This document shows, in pieces, positions 1-7,221 of a stretch of DNA of 7,889 nt. A model generated the notes under the pieces. It saw nothing but the letters and a program-made list of their open reading frames with translations, had not been told where the DNA came from and did not search any database. The stretch is from a virus (lineage: Duplodnaviria; Heunggongvirae; Uroviricota; Caudoviricetes). A program made the position numbers and the translations under genes. The stretch lies in the IMG/VR virus record IMGVR_UViG_2734482783_000012. One strand, written 5' to 3'. Within the stretch, counting starts at the first letter, position 1. Each line of letters starts with the position of its first letter.

Positions 1-579
1 ATGCAGGTTGGCTATGTGCGTGTATCAACAAATGAACAAAACACCGCGCTACAGCGTGACGCTCTGGAAAGGTCGGGATGCGAGCTAATTTTCGAGGATA
101 AAATCAGCGGAAAATCGACCAACAGGCCGGGACTCAATCGAGCATTAAAACGACTTCAGGCTGGTGATACGCTGGTTGTCTGGAAGCTCGACCGGCTCGG
201 TCGTAGCATGCGGCATCTTGTCTCGATGACTGAAGAGCTTCGCCAGCGCGGCGTAAATTTCAGGAGCCTGACCGACAGTATCGATACTTCAACACCGATG
301 GGGCGTTTTTTCTTCCACATCATGGGCGCGCTTGCTGAAATGGAACGCGAGCTCATTGTCGAACGCACTCGCGCCGGGCTCGATGCCGCTCGCGCTCAGG
401 GCCGAATCGGAGGGCGTCGGCCAAAGCTGGCGCCAGACGAATGGGCTCAGGCCGGGCGACTGATTGCGGCCGGAGAAACCCGTCAGCGCGTCGCGATGAT
501 TTTTGATGTGGGCATATCGACACTATATAAAAAATTCCCGGCAACAAATCCCGTTGTGTCAGACACCGCCGAACCCTGA
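1..579 (+). CDS. Serine-recombinase DNA invertase, Gin/Hin/Pin/Cin family (192 aa, complete)
   Basis: Translation starts MQVGYVRVSTNEQ, with the catalytic Ser in the conserved VRVST motif. It carries GDTLVVWKLDRLGRS and SLTDSIDTS...MGRFFFH...ALAEMERELIVERT, typical of the small resolvase/invertase catalytic domain, and a C-terminal GRIGGRRPKL plus helix-turn-helix (VGISTLYKK). Length matches Gin/Hin (about 190 aa). ATG is at window position 1. Confidence 0.9.
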   Translation: MQVGYVRVSTNEQNTALQRDALERSGCELIFEDKISGKSTNRPGLNRALKRLQAGDTLVVWKLDRLGRSMRHLVSMTEELRQRGVNFRSLTDSIDTSTPMGRFFFHIMGALAEMERELIVERTRAGLDAARAQGRIGGRRPKLAPDEWAQAGRLIAAGETRQRVAMIFDVGISTLYKKFPATNPVVSDTAEP

Positions 580-643
580 CAAATAGCCGCATACAGGCGT
601 AAACCAGACAATATCACTCACCCCAACTAACGGAGTTAAACGG

Positions 644-1831
644 ATGAGTGATTATCATCACGGCGTCGACGTCGTCGAAATTAACGACGGAACACGCACA
701 ATCTCGACCGTATCAACGGCGGTTGTCGGCATGGTCTGTACGGCCAGTGATGCTGATGCCGATATGTTCCCGCTCAATGAGCCGGTACTGATTACCAGCC
801 CACAAAACGCCATCGCGAAAGCCGGTACCAAAGGTACCCTAGCAAAATCCTTACAGGCCATTGCTGACCAGTCAAAACCGGTCATCGTGGTCGTGCGCGT
901 TGCAGAGGGTACCGGAGACGGCGACGAGGCACAGGCGCAAACCATTTCAAACATCATCGGCACCACGGATGAGAACGGCAAATACACCGGGCTGAAAGCG
1001 CTGTTAACGGCGAAAGCGGTCACCGGCGTGAAGCCCCGTATTCTCGGTGTGCCGGGTCTCGATCCTCAGGAAGTCGCGACCGCGCTTGCGTCCGTGGCTC
1101 AGAAATTACGTGCTTTCGCTTACGTCAGCGCATGGGGCTGCAAGACCATTTCTGATGTTATCGCCTATCGTGAAAACTTCAGCGCCCGTGAGCTCATGAT
1201 TATCTGGCCTGATTTCCTCGGGTGGGACACGACGGCCAATGCGACGACAACCAGCTACGCGACCGCTATCGCGCTGGGGCTGCGCGCAAAAATCGACAAT
1301 GACACCGGGTGGCATAAAACCCTGTCGAACGTCGGCGTCAACGGTGTTACTGGCATCAGTGCATCGGTCTTCTGGGATTTGCAGGAAAAAGGCACCGATG
1401 CCGACCTGCTGAATGAAGCTGGTGTTACCACGCTGATTCGTGCTGATGGTTTCCGCTTCTGGGGTAACCGTAATTGCTCCGATGACCCGCTGTTTCAGTT
1501 TGAAAACTACACCCGCACCGCGCAAATTATCGCCGACACAATGGCCGAGGGGCATATGTGGGCAAACGATAAGCCCGTCACCGCCACGTTAATTCGCGAC
1601 ATTATCGGCGGTATTAACGCAAAATTCCGCGAGCTGAAAACCGGTGGTTACATCATCGATGCGACGTGCTGGTTTGACGAAGAGGCCAACAGCAAAGAAA
1701 CCCTCAAGGCCGGGAAGCTGTATATCGATTACGACTATACGCCGGTGCCGCCGCTCGAGAACCTGACCTTACGCCAGCGCATCACCGATAAATATCTGGC
1801 GAATCTGGTCTCATCCGTCAACAGCAAATAA
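644..1831 (+). CDS. FI: P2-type contractile tail sheath protein (gpFI-like, 395 aa)
   Basis: N-terminus MSDYHHGVDVVEINDGTRTISTVSTAVVGMVCTASDADA and C-terminus KLYIDYDYTPVPPLENLTLRQRITDKYLANLVSSVNSK match the P2 FI sheath family as I remember it. GGAG Shine-Dalgarno at 632-635, 8 nt before the ATG. Size matches P2 FI (about 396 aa). Confidence 0.9.
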   Translation: MSDYHHGVDVVEINDGTRTISTVSTAVVGMVCTASDADADMFPLNEPVLITSPQNAIAKAGTKGTLAKSLQAIADQSKPVIVVVRVAEGTGDGDEAQAQTISNIIGTTDENGKYTGLKALLTAKAVTGVKPRILGVPGLDPQEVATALASVAQKLRAFAYVSAWGCKTISDVIAYRENFSARELMIIWPDFLGWDTTANATTTSYATAIALGLRAKIDNDTGWHKTLSNVGVNGVTGISASVFWDLQEKGTDADLLNEAGVTTLIRADGFRFWGNRNCSDDPLFQFENYTRTAQIIADTMAEGHMWANDKPVTATLIRDIIGGINAKFRELKTGGYIIDATCWFDEEANSKETLKAGKLYIDYDYTPVPPLENLTLRQRITDKYLANLVSSVNSK

Positions 1832-1843
1832 GGAGCCTGACCA

Positions 1844-2362
1844 ATGGCATTACCGCGCAAGCTCAAACTCATAAACCTGTTTATCGACGGGGTGAGTTAC
1901 CTCGGCGTCGTGCAGTCTGTCACGCTGCCGAAATTAACCCGCAAGCTCGAGAATTATCGCGGCGGCGGGATGAATGGCTCGGCACCAGTCGACCTCGGCC
2001 TCGATGACGACGCACTGTCGGCTGAAATCTCGCTCGGTGGTTTCCCTGATGACGCTATCTGGTTGCTATACGCTGCCACCGGTACAGCTTCTGTCCCGCT
2101 GCGCTTTGCCGGGTCCTATCAGCGTGATGACACCGGCGAGACCGTGCCGGTTGAGGTTGTTCTCCGTGGCCGTCAGAAAGAAATCGACCTCGGCGAAGCC
2201 AAACAGGGCGAAGACACCGAGTCGAAAATCTCGCTCATGTGTACTTACTTCAAACTGACGATGAATGGCTCGGAACTGGTGGAAATCGACACGGTGAACC
2301 TCATCGAAAAAGTGAGCGGCACCGACATGCTCGAGGCGCACCGACAAAACATCGGCCTGTAA
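1844..2362 (+). CDS. FII: P2-type tail tube protein (gpFII-like, 172 aa)
   Basis: Lies immediately downstream of the sheath gene. AGGAG at 1831-1835, 8 nt before the ATG. 172 aa is the same length as P2 FII. The sheath-tube-E-T order is conserved. Confidence 0.88.
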   Translation: MALPRKLKLINLFIDGVSYLGVVQSVTLPKLTRKLENYRGGGMNGSAPVDLGLDDDALSAEISLGGFPDDAIWLLYAATGTASVPLRFAGSYQRDDTGETVPVEVVLRGRQKEIDLGEAKQGEDTESKISLMCTYFKLTMNGSELVEIDTVNLIEKVSGTDMLEAHRQNIGL

Positions 2363-2423
2363 TTCTGCCCCGGTCAGCATAGCTGGCCAAGCATCCTGAA
2401 ACCTGAATCTAAAGAGAAATATC

Positions 2424-2705
2424 ATGGAAAAAACTAACGAAAACATCGTCACTCTGATTAAACCCATTACGCGCGGCGAGCAGGTGATTACCGATGTCAC
2501 GCTGTTAAAACCGACGGCCGGAACCCTGCGCGGCGTTAGCTTGGCATCTGTCGCAAACTCCGACGTCGATGCGCTGATTAAAGTACTGCCGCGCATGACC
2601 ATGCCGTCACTGACCGAACAGGAGGCCGCCGCGCTGGAACTGCCCGACCTGCTGTCATTTGCCGGTAAGGTGGTTGGTTTTTTGTCACCGAATTCGGCGG
2701 CGTAA
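2424..2705 (+). CDS. E: Tail assembly chaperone gpE (93 aa, zero-frame product)
   Basis: Small ORF between the tube and tape measure genes. It contains an in-frame T TTT TTG slippery heptamer near its 3' end, as in P2 gene E. Weak SD AAGAG at 2412-2416. Confidence 0.85.
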   Translation: MEKTNENIVTLIKPITRGEQVITDVTLLKPTAGTLRGVSLASVANSDVDALIKVLPRMTMPSLTEQEAAALELPDLLSFAGKVVGFLSPNSAA

Positions 2706-2857
2706 CCTTCCCGAAAAAACTCTCGGTCGATGACCTGATGGCTGACATAGCGGTAATTTTCCACTGGTCGCCATCAGACCTGTATCCCATGAGCCTGACC
2801 GAACTCGTCAACTGGCGCGAAAAAGCGCTACAGCGAAGCGGAAACACGAATGAGTAA
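2424..2857 (+). CDS. E+E': Tail assembly chaperone gpE+E' made by programmed -1 ribosomal frameshift (predicted 144 aa)
   Basis: Hand translation of the -1 frame from 2684 gives VTEFGGVTFPKKLSVDDLMADIAVIFHWSPSDLYPMSLTELVNWREKALQRSGNTNE with no stop until TAA at 2855-2857. This extension has no start codon of its own and is reachable only by a -1 slip at TTTTTTG (2678-2684). The architecture is the same as P2 E/E' and lambda G/GT. Confidence 0.72.
2678..2684 (+). other. Slippery heptanucleotide T_TTT_TTG for the -1 programmed frameshift (E to E')
   Basis: Zero-frame codons are GGT TTT TTG (Gly85-Phe86-Leu87 of E). After a -1 slip both P- and A-site tRNAs can re-pair on TTT TTT. The zero-frame stop follows 7 codons later and the -1 frame stays open for 57 codons. 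Confidence 0.7.
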
Positions 2858-5279
2858 TAACCTCAAACTCGAAGTGCTGCTGAAAGCTGTCGACCAGGCG
2901 ACCCGACCCTTTAAAGCGATCCAGACGGCGAGCAAATCGCTGTCTGGCGATATCCGCACGACTCAGCAATCCCTGCGTGATTTGAATGGTCAGGCATCGA
3001 AAATCGACGGTTTTCGCAAAACCAGCGCACAACTGGCGGTAACCGGACAGGCACTGGAAAAGGCAAAACAGGAAGCCGCCGAGCTGGCGGTGCAGTTTAA
3101 AAACACGGAACGGCCAACGGCGGCACAGGCCAGAGTGCTGGAATCAGCAAAGCGTTCGGCTGAAGGGTTACAGGCAAAATATAACAGCCTCACCCAATCG
3201 GTGAAGCGGCAACAGACCGAGCTCGGCAAAGCGGGGATTAATACGCGCAATCTGTCGAATGATGAAAGCCGCCTGAAAAACTCTATCAATGAAACTACCG
3301 CACAACTTAACCGCCAGCGTGAAGCACTGGCGCGGGTCAGCGCGCAACAGGCAAAACTCAGCGCAGTACAAAAACGCTATCAGGCAGGAAAGGCACTGGC
3401 TGGAAATGCGGCATCGATGGGCGCTGCCGGGATAGGCATGGCAACGACCGGAGCGCTTGCCGGTGTTGCACTGATGAAGCCCGGTTATGATTTTGCTCAG
3501 AAAAACTCTGAGTTACAGGCCGTTCTCGGTGTCGGTAAAGACTCAGCTGATATGGTGGTGCTCCGCAAACAGGCGCGCCAGCTCGGTGACAACACCGCCG
3601 CGTCGGCTGATGATGCTGCCGGTGCTCAGATTATTATTGCAAAGGCTGGCGGCGATGCTGCGGCTATTCAGGCCGCTACCCCCGTAACACTCGATATGGC
3701 GCTCGCAAACCGTCGAACGATGGAAGAGAACGCCGGGTTATTGATGGGGATGCGCTCTGCCTTCCAGCTTTCAAACGATAAGGTCGCCCATATCGGTGAT
3801 GTTCTGTCGATGACGATGAACAAAACCGCCGCCGACTTTGACGGCCTGAGTGATGCGCTGACTTATGCCGCGCCGGTGGCGAAAAATGCCGGGGTCAGCA
3901 TCGAAGAAACAGCCGCAATGGTCGGCGCACTGCATGACGCCAAAATTACGGGCTCGATGGCGGGTACGGGGAGCCGTGCCGTATTAAGTCGCCTGCAGGC
4001 TCCAACGGGCAAAGCGTATGACGCCATTAAAGAGCTCGGCGTCAAAACGGCTGATGGTAAGGGGAACACACGTCCAATATTTACCATCCTGAAAGAAATG
4101 CAGCGGAGTTTTGATAAAAACAACCTCGGCACCGGCCAGCGTGCCGAATATATGAAAACCATTTTCGGTGAAGAGGCCAGCTCGTCGGCTGCGGTACTCA
4201 TGACCGCTGCCTCGAGCGGGAAATTAGACCAGCTTACCGCTTCCCTTAAAGCATCGGATGGCAAAACCGCTGAGCTGGTGAAGGTCATGCAGGATAACCT
4301 CGGCGGCGATTTTAAAGAGTTTCAGTCTGCGTATGAAGCGGTAGGAACCGACCTGTTTGACCAGCAAGAGTCATCATTAAGAAAGCTGGTACAAACGACG
4401 ACAGGGTATGTATTGAGGCTCGATAGCTGGATCCAAAAGAACAAATCTCTTGCCACCACGCTGGGTGTCATTACGGCGGCAGCTGTCGGTATTGTGGGGA
4501 TGATTGGTGCCATTGGCCTTGTATCGTGGCCGGTAATTACTGGCATTAACGCCATCATTTCGGCGGCTGGTGCGCTTGGTGCGGTCTTTACGACAATCAG
4601 TGGCGGGGTCATTGCGGCTATTGGTGCTATTACGTGGCCTGTCGTGGCGGTAGCGGCGGCTGTTGTCGCTGGCGCGCTGCTTATCCGTAAATACTGGGAG
4701 CCTGTCAGCGCATTCTTTGCCGGTGTGGTCGAGGGGCTCATGAGTGCCTTTGCGCCGGTCGGGGAAATGTTCGCCCCGCTGGCACCCATTTTCGACGGTC
4801 TCGGCGAAAAACTTCGCGGCGTCTGGCAGTGGTTTAAAGACCTGATAGCGCCGGTGAAAGCGACTCAGGACACGCTCAACAGTTGTCGTGATGTTGGGGT
4901 TATGTTCGGTCAGACGCTGGCCGATGCGCTGCTGATGCCGCTTAACGCCTTTAACAAGCTGCGAAGCGGGATTGACTGGGTGCTCGAAAAACTCGGCATT
5001 ATCAACAAAGAATCCAGCTCACTTGACCAGACTGCGGCGAAAGCCAATGCAGCGACGCAGAACGGTTACAGCCCGGTAATCAGCGCATACAACAGCTATC
5101 AGCCGGTCACGGCACCCGCCGGTAAAACCTACATCGACCAGAGTCGGCCAATCTATCAAATCACCGTGCCGGGCAATGGTATGCCGGGAGATCGGTTGGG
5201 TAATGATTTGCAGGATGCATTAGAAAAGTATGAGCGCGAGAAGCGCGCCAAAGCCCGCGCAAGCATGATGCATGACTAA
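2850..5279 (+). CDS. T: Tail tape measure protein (gpT-like, 809 aa)
   Basis: Large ORF directly after E/E'. The N-terminal half is Gln/Ala/Lys-rich and coiled-coil-like. A long Gly/Ala/Ile-rich hydrophobic segment lies near residues 540-615. Size is close to P2 gpT (about 815 aa). The ATG overlaps the E' stop. Confidence 0.9.
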   Translation: MSNNLKLEVLLKAVDQATRPFKAIQTASKSLSGDIRTTQQSLRDLNGQASKIDGFRKTSAQLAVTGQALEKAKQEAAELAVQFKNTERPTAAQARVLESAKRSAEGLQAKYNSLTQSVKRQQTELGKAGINTRNLSNDESRLKNSINETTAQLNRQREALARVSAQQAKLSAVQKRYQAGKALAGNAASMGAAGIGMATTGALAGVALMKPGYDFAQKNSELQAVLGVGKDSADMVVLRKQARQLGDNTAASADDAAGAQIIIAKAGGDAAAIQAATPVTLDMALANRRTMEENAGLLMGMRSAFQLSNDKVAHIGDVLSMTMNKTAADFDGLSDALTYAAPVAKNAGVSIEETAAMVGALHDAKITGSMAGTGSRAVLSRLQAPTGKAYDAIKELGVKTADGKGNTRPIFTILKEMQRSFDKNNLGTGQRAEYMKTIFGEEASSSAAVLMTAASSGKLDQLTASLKASDGKTAELVKVMQDNLGGDFKEFQSAYEAVGTDLFDQQESSLRKLVQTTTGYVLRLDSWIQKNKSLATTLGVITAAAVGIVGMIGAIGLVSWPVITGINAIISAAGALGAVFTTISGGVIAAIGAITWPVVAVAAAVVAGALLIRKYWEPVSAFFAGVVEGLMSAFAPVGEMFAPLAPIFDGLGEKLRGVWQWFKDLIAPVKATQDTLNSCRDVGVMFGQTLADALLMPLNAFNKLRSGIDWVLEKLGIINKESSSLDQTAAKANAATQNGYSPVISAYNSYQPVTAPAGKTYIDQSRPIYQITVPGNGMPGDRLGNDLQDALEKYEREKRAKARASMMHD

Positions 5280-5290
5280 GGAGACTGATT

Positions 5291-5755
5291 ATGATGCTGG
5301 CATTAGGTATGTTTGTTTTTATGCGTCAGACGCTGCCCTACCAGAGCATGCAGCGCAGCGCGGATTATAGCTGGGCGTCAAACTCTCGCATCGGGAAGCG
5401 TGACGCTTTTCAGTATCTCGGCGAGGGGGAAGATAAAATCACCCTGAGCGGCGACCTGTATCCTGAGCTGACCGGCGGTAAGCTCACGATGCTGGCGCTT
5501 TATGCAATGGCTGAACAGGGGCGCGCATGGCCGCTTATCTCTGGCTCAGGCTGGATTTACGGGATGTTTGTTGTCAGTAATGTCTCGGAGACCGGCACGG
5601 TATTTTTTGAGGATGGGACGCCACGAAAAATCAGCTTCACCCTGTCACTGACCCGTGTCGATGAGTCGCTCGCCGCGGTGTATGGCGATATTGGAAAACA
5701 GGCCGAAAGTCTGGTCGGGAAAGCTGGCGATCTGCTGTCGATGGTGGGGGCGTAA
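5291..5755 (+). CDS. U: Tail protein gpU-like (154 aa)
   Basis: AAGGAG SD at 5278-5283, 7 nt before the ATG. Motifs YQSMQRS...NSRIGKR...ITLSGDLYPELTGGK...FFEDGTPRKISFTL resemble P2 gpU. Position between T and D is conserved. Confidence 0.85.
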   Translation: MMLALGMFVFMRQTLPYQSMQRSADYSWASNSRIGKRDAFQYLGEGEDKITLSGDLYPELTGGKLTMLALYAMAEQGRAWPLISGSGWIYGMFVVSNVSETGTVFFEDGTPRKISFTLSLTRVDESLAAVYGDIGKQAESLVGKAGDLLSMVGA

Positions 5756-5757
5756 TC

Positions 5758-6930
5758 ATGCTGGATATTATCACCGGCGCGGGTGCCACGCTGACGCCCG
5801 ACTTTATGCTGACACTGGAAAGCAAAGATATCACCGGCAATATCAGTGACCGGCTGATTAACCTCTCGATGACGGACAATCGGGGTTTTGAGGCCGACCA
5901 GCTCGACATCGAGCTCGACGATACTGACGGTCTGGTCGCATTGCCGATTCGCGGTGCGGTGCTGTCGCTGTATCTCGGGTGGAAAGGTTTCTCTCTGGTC
6001 AGCAAGGGGCGATTTACCGTCGATGAGGTAGAGCACCGGGGGGCGCCGGATACGGTAACCATTCGCGCCCGGAGTGCGGATTTTCGCGGGACGCTTAATT
6101 CCCGTCGTGAGGAGTCATGGCATGACACCACGCTCGGCGCAATCGTCAGCTCGATAGCTGAGCGGAACAAGTTAACGGCCAGCGTCACTGATTCTCTTGC
6201 GGGGATCCAGATTCCGCATATCGACCAGTCTCAGGAATCCGACGCCGTTTTCCTGACTCGCCTCGCAGAACGCAACGGCGGTGCGGTCTCAGTGAAAGCG
6301 GGTAGATTGCTGATGCTCAAAGCGGGAAGCGGTACCACTGCCAGTGGAAAAGCTATTCCTCAAATTACCATCCAGCGCGGTGACGGTGACCGGCATCAGT
6401 TTGCCATTGCCGACCGTGGCGCTTACACCGGCGTAACCGCTAAGTGGCTGCACACTAAAGACCCGAAACCGGCGAAACAAAAGCAGACAGTGAAGCTGAA
6501 ACGTAAGCCCAAAGAGCAACACCTCCGGGCGCTACAGCACCCGAAAGCAAAACCAGTGAGCAGTAAAGTCACGGCCAAAAAGCAAAAAGAGCAGGAAGCC
6601 CGCGAGGGTGAATACATGGCCGGTGAGGCTGACAACGTTTTCGCGCTGACGACCATTTACGCGACAAAGGCGCAAGCGATGCGTGCAGCTCAGGCGAAGT
6701 GGGATAAATTGCAGCGTGGGGTTGCGGAGTTCTCCATTATGTTAGCGACCGGCCGCGAGGATATTTACCCCGAAACGCCGGTCAGGGTCTCAGGCTTTAA
6801 GAGCGTTATAGACGAGCAAGCATGGATAGTCAGCAGGGTGACCCATAATATCGGTGGGAATGGCTTCACAACGGCTGTAGAGCTTGAGGTGATGCTTTCT
6901 GATGTAGGGTACGAGGCCGAAGAGCAATAA
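5758..6930 (+). CDS. D: Tail/baseplate-hub protein gpD-like (phage late control D family, 390 aa)
   Basis: The ATG lies 2 nt after the U stop. N-terminus MLDIITGAGATLTPDFMLTLESKDITGNISDRLINLSMTDNRGFEADQLDIELDD is typical of the P2 D family. Size is close to P2 D (387 aa). Confidence 0.87.
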   Translation: MLDIITGAGATLTPDFMLTLESKDITGNISDRLINLSMTDNRGFEADQLDIELDDTDGLVALPIRGAVLSLYLGWKGFSLVSKGRFTVDEVEHRGAPDTVTIRARSADFRGTLNSRREESWHDTTLGAIVSSIAERNKLTASVTDSLAGIQIPHIDQSQESDAVFLTRLAERNGGAVSVKAGRLLMLKAGSGTTASGKAIPQITIQRGDGDRHQFAIADRGAYTGVTAKWLHTKDPKPAKQKQTVKLKRKPKEQHLRALQHPKAKPVSSKVTAKKQKEQEAREGEYMAGEADNVFALTTIYATKAQAMRAAQAKWDKLQRGVAEFSIMLATGREDIYPETPVRVSGFKSVIDEQAWIVSRVTHNIGGNGFTTAVELEVMLSDVGYEAEEQ

Positions 6931-6935
6931 AGCTG

Positions 6936-6964
6936 TTCACAAAATATGACTAAGTGAGTATTAT
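6936..6964 (+). promoter_or_regulatory. Putative sigma70-type promoter for ogr (-35 TTCACA, 17-bp spacer, -10 TATTAT)
   Basis: TTCACA at 6936-6941 and TATTAT at 6959-6964 with a 17-bp spacer, in the 66-bp D-ogr gap. A G-rich SD (GGGG at 6988-6991) lies 5 nt before the ATG at 6997. Assigned by consensus match only. Confidence 0.35.
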
Positions 6965-6996
6965 TAATTCACTTTTTGTGAGTTCATGGGGTGTGT

Positions 6997-7218
6997 ATGT
7001 TTCATTGTCCAAAGTGCCAGCATGCGGCGCATGCGCGTACTAGTCGCTATCTTAGCGAAAACACGAAAGAACGTTACCACCAATGCACCAACATAAATTG
7101 CAGTTGCACATTTGTGACCATGGAATCAGTGGAGCGCTATATCGTAACCCCTGGGATCATTATACCAGCTCCACCGCATCCATCTTCTAGTGGGCAAAGT
7201 GCTTTACCTTGGTTGTAA
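6997..7218 (+). CDS. ogr: Ogr-family zinc-finger late transcription activator (73 aa)
   Basis: MFHCPKCQHAAHARTSRYLSENTKERYHQCTNINCSCTF is nearly colinear with P2 Ogr as I remember it (MFHCPLCQHAAHARTSRY...KERYHQC...C), including the Cys-X2-Cys...Cys-X4-Cys zinc-binding arrangement. I place the start at ATG 6997, not the upstream GTG at 6991 used by the ORF track, because it gives the conserved MFHCP N-terminus and better SD spacing. Confidence 0.88.
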   Translation: MFHCPKCQHAAHARTSRYLSENTKERYHQCTNINCSCTFVTMESVERYIVTPGIIIPAPPHPSSSGQSALPWL

Positions 7219-7221
7219 AAT

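Noticed and set aside
156-592. Minus-strand ORFs 156-368 and 353-592 inside the invertase gene
   Set aside because: They lie antisense to a well-conserved serine recombinase and show no independent coding signal.
580-643. A Z/fun-like moron or small gene in the invertase-FI gap
   Set aside because: The gap is only 64 bp and holds just the FI ribosome-binding site, so there is no room for an ORF.
420-643. Canonical P2 late-promoter dyad TGT-N12-ACA upstream of FI
   Set aside because: Hand scanning found no exact match, only TGT-N10-ACA at 507-522 and unrelated short palindromes. I therefore did not annotate a late promoter as a feature.
658-1555. Antisense ORFs 658-1023 (-) and 1106-1555 (-) inside the sheath gene
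   Set aside because: They lie entirely within a confidently assigned GC-rich gene on the opposite strand. Their translations are Ser/Thr/Ala/Pro/Arg-rich low-complexity, typical of antisense frames in GC-rich coding DNA, and they have no Shine-Dalgarno sequence.
1974-2764. ORF 1974-2258 (+, off-frame) and ORF 2066-2764 (-, 232 aa) overlapping FII and E
   Set aside because: They overlap the conserved tube and chaperone genes. The + ORF is out of frame within FII and the minus ORF spans two genes and an intergenic gap. Neither has recognisable motifs or translation signals.
2578-4789. Minus-strand ORFs 2578-2847, 2808-3032, 2990-3289, 3168-3371, 3863-4288, 4322-4789 and + ORF 3487-3687 within E'/T
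   Set aside because: All are nested in the tape measure gene or the E' extension. Their composition is that of antisense or off-frame GC-rich sequence.
5557-6656. Minus-strand ORFs 5557-6036, 5637-6188, 6289-6522, 6423-6656 and + ORF 5655-5849 within U/D
   Set aside because: Nested within the U and D coding sequences, with Arg/Ser/Pro-rich low-complexity translations. I treat them as spurious.
6991-6996. GTG at 6991 as the ogr start (the ORF track's MCMFHC N-terminus)
   Set aside because: ATG at 6997 gives the conserved Ogr N-terminus MFHCP and sits 5 nt after a G-rich SD, whereas the GTG would overlap the SD itself.
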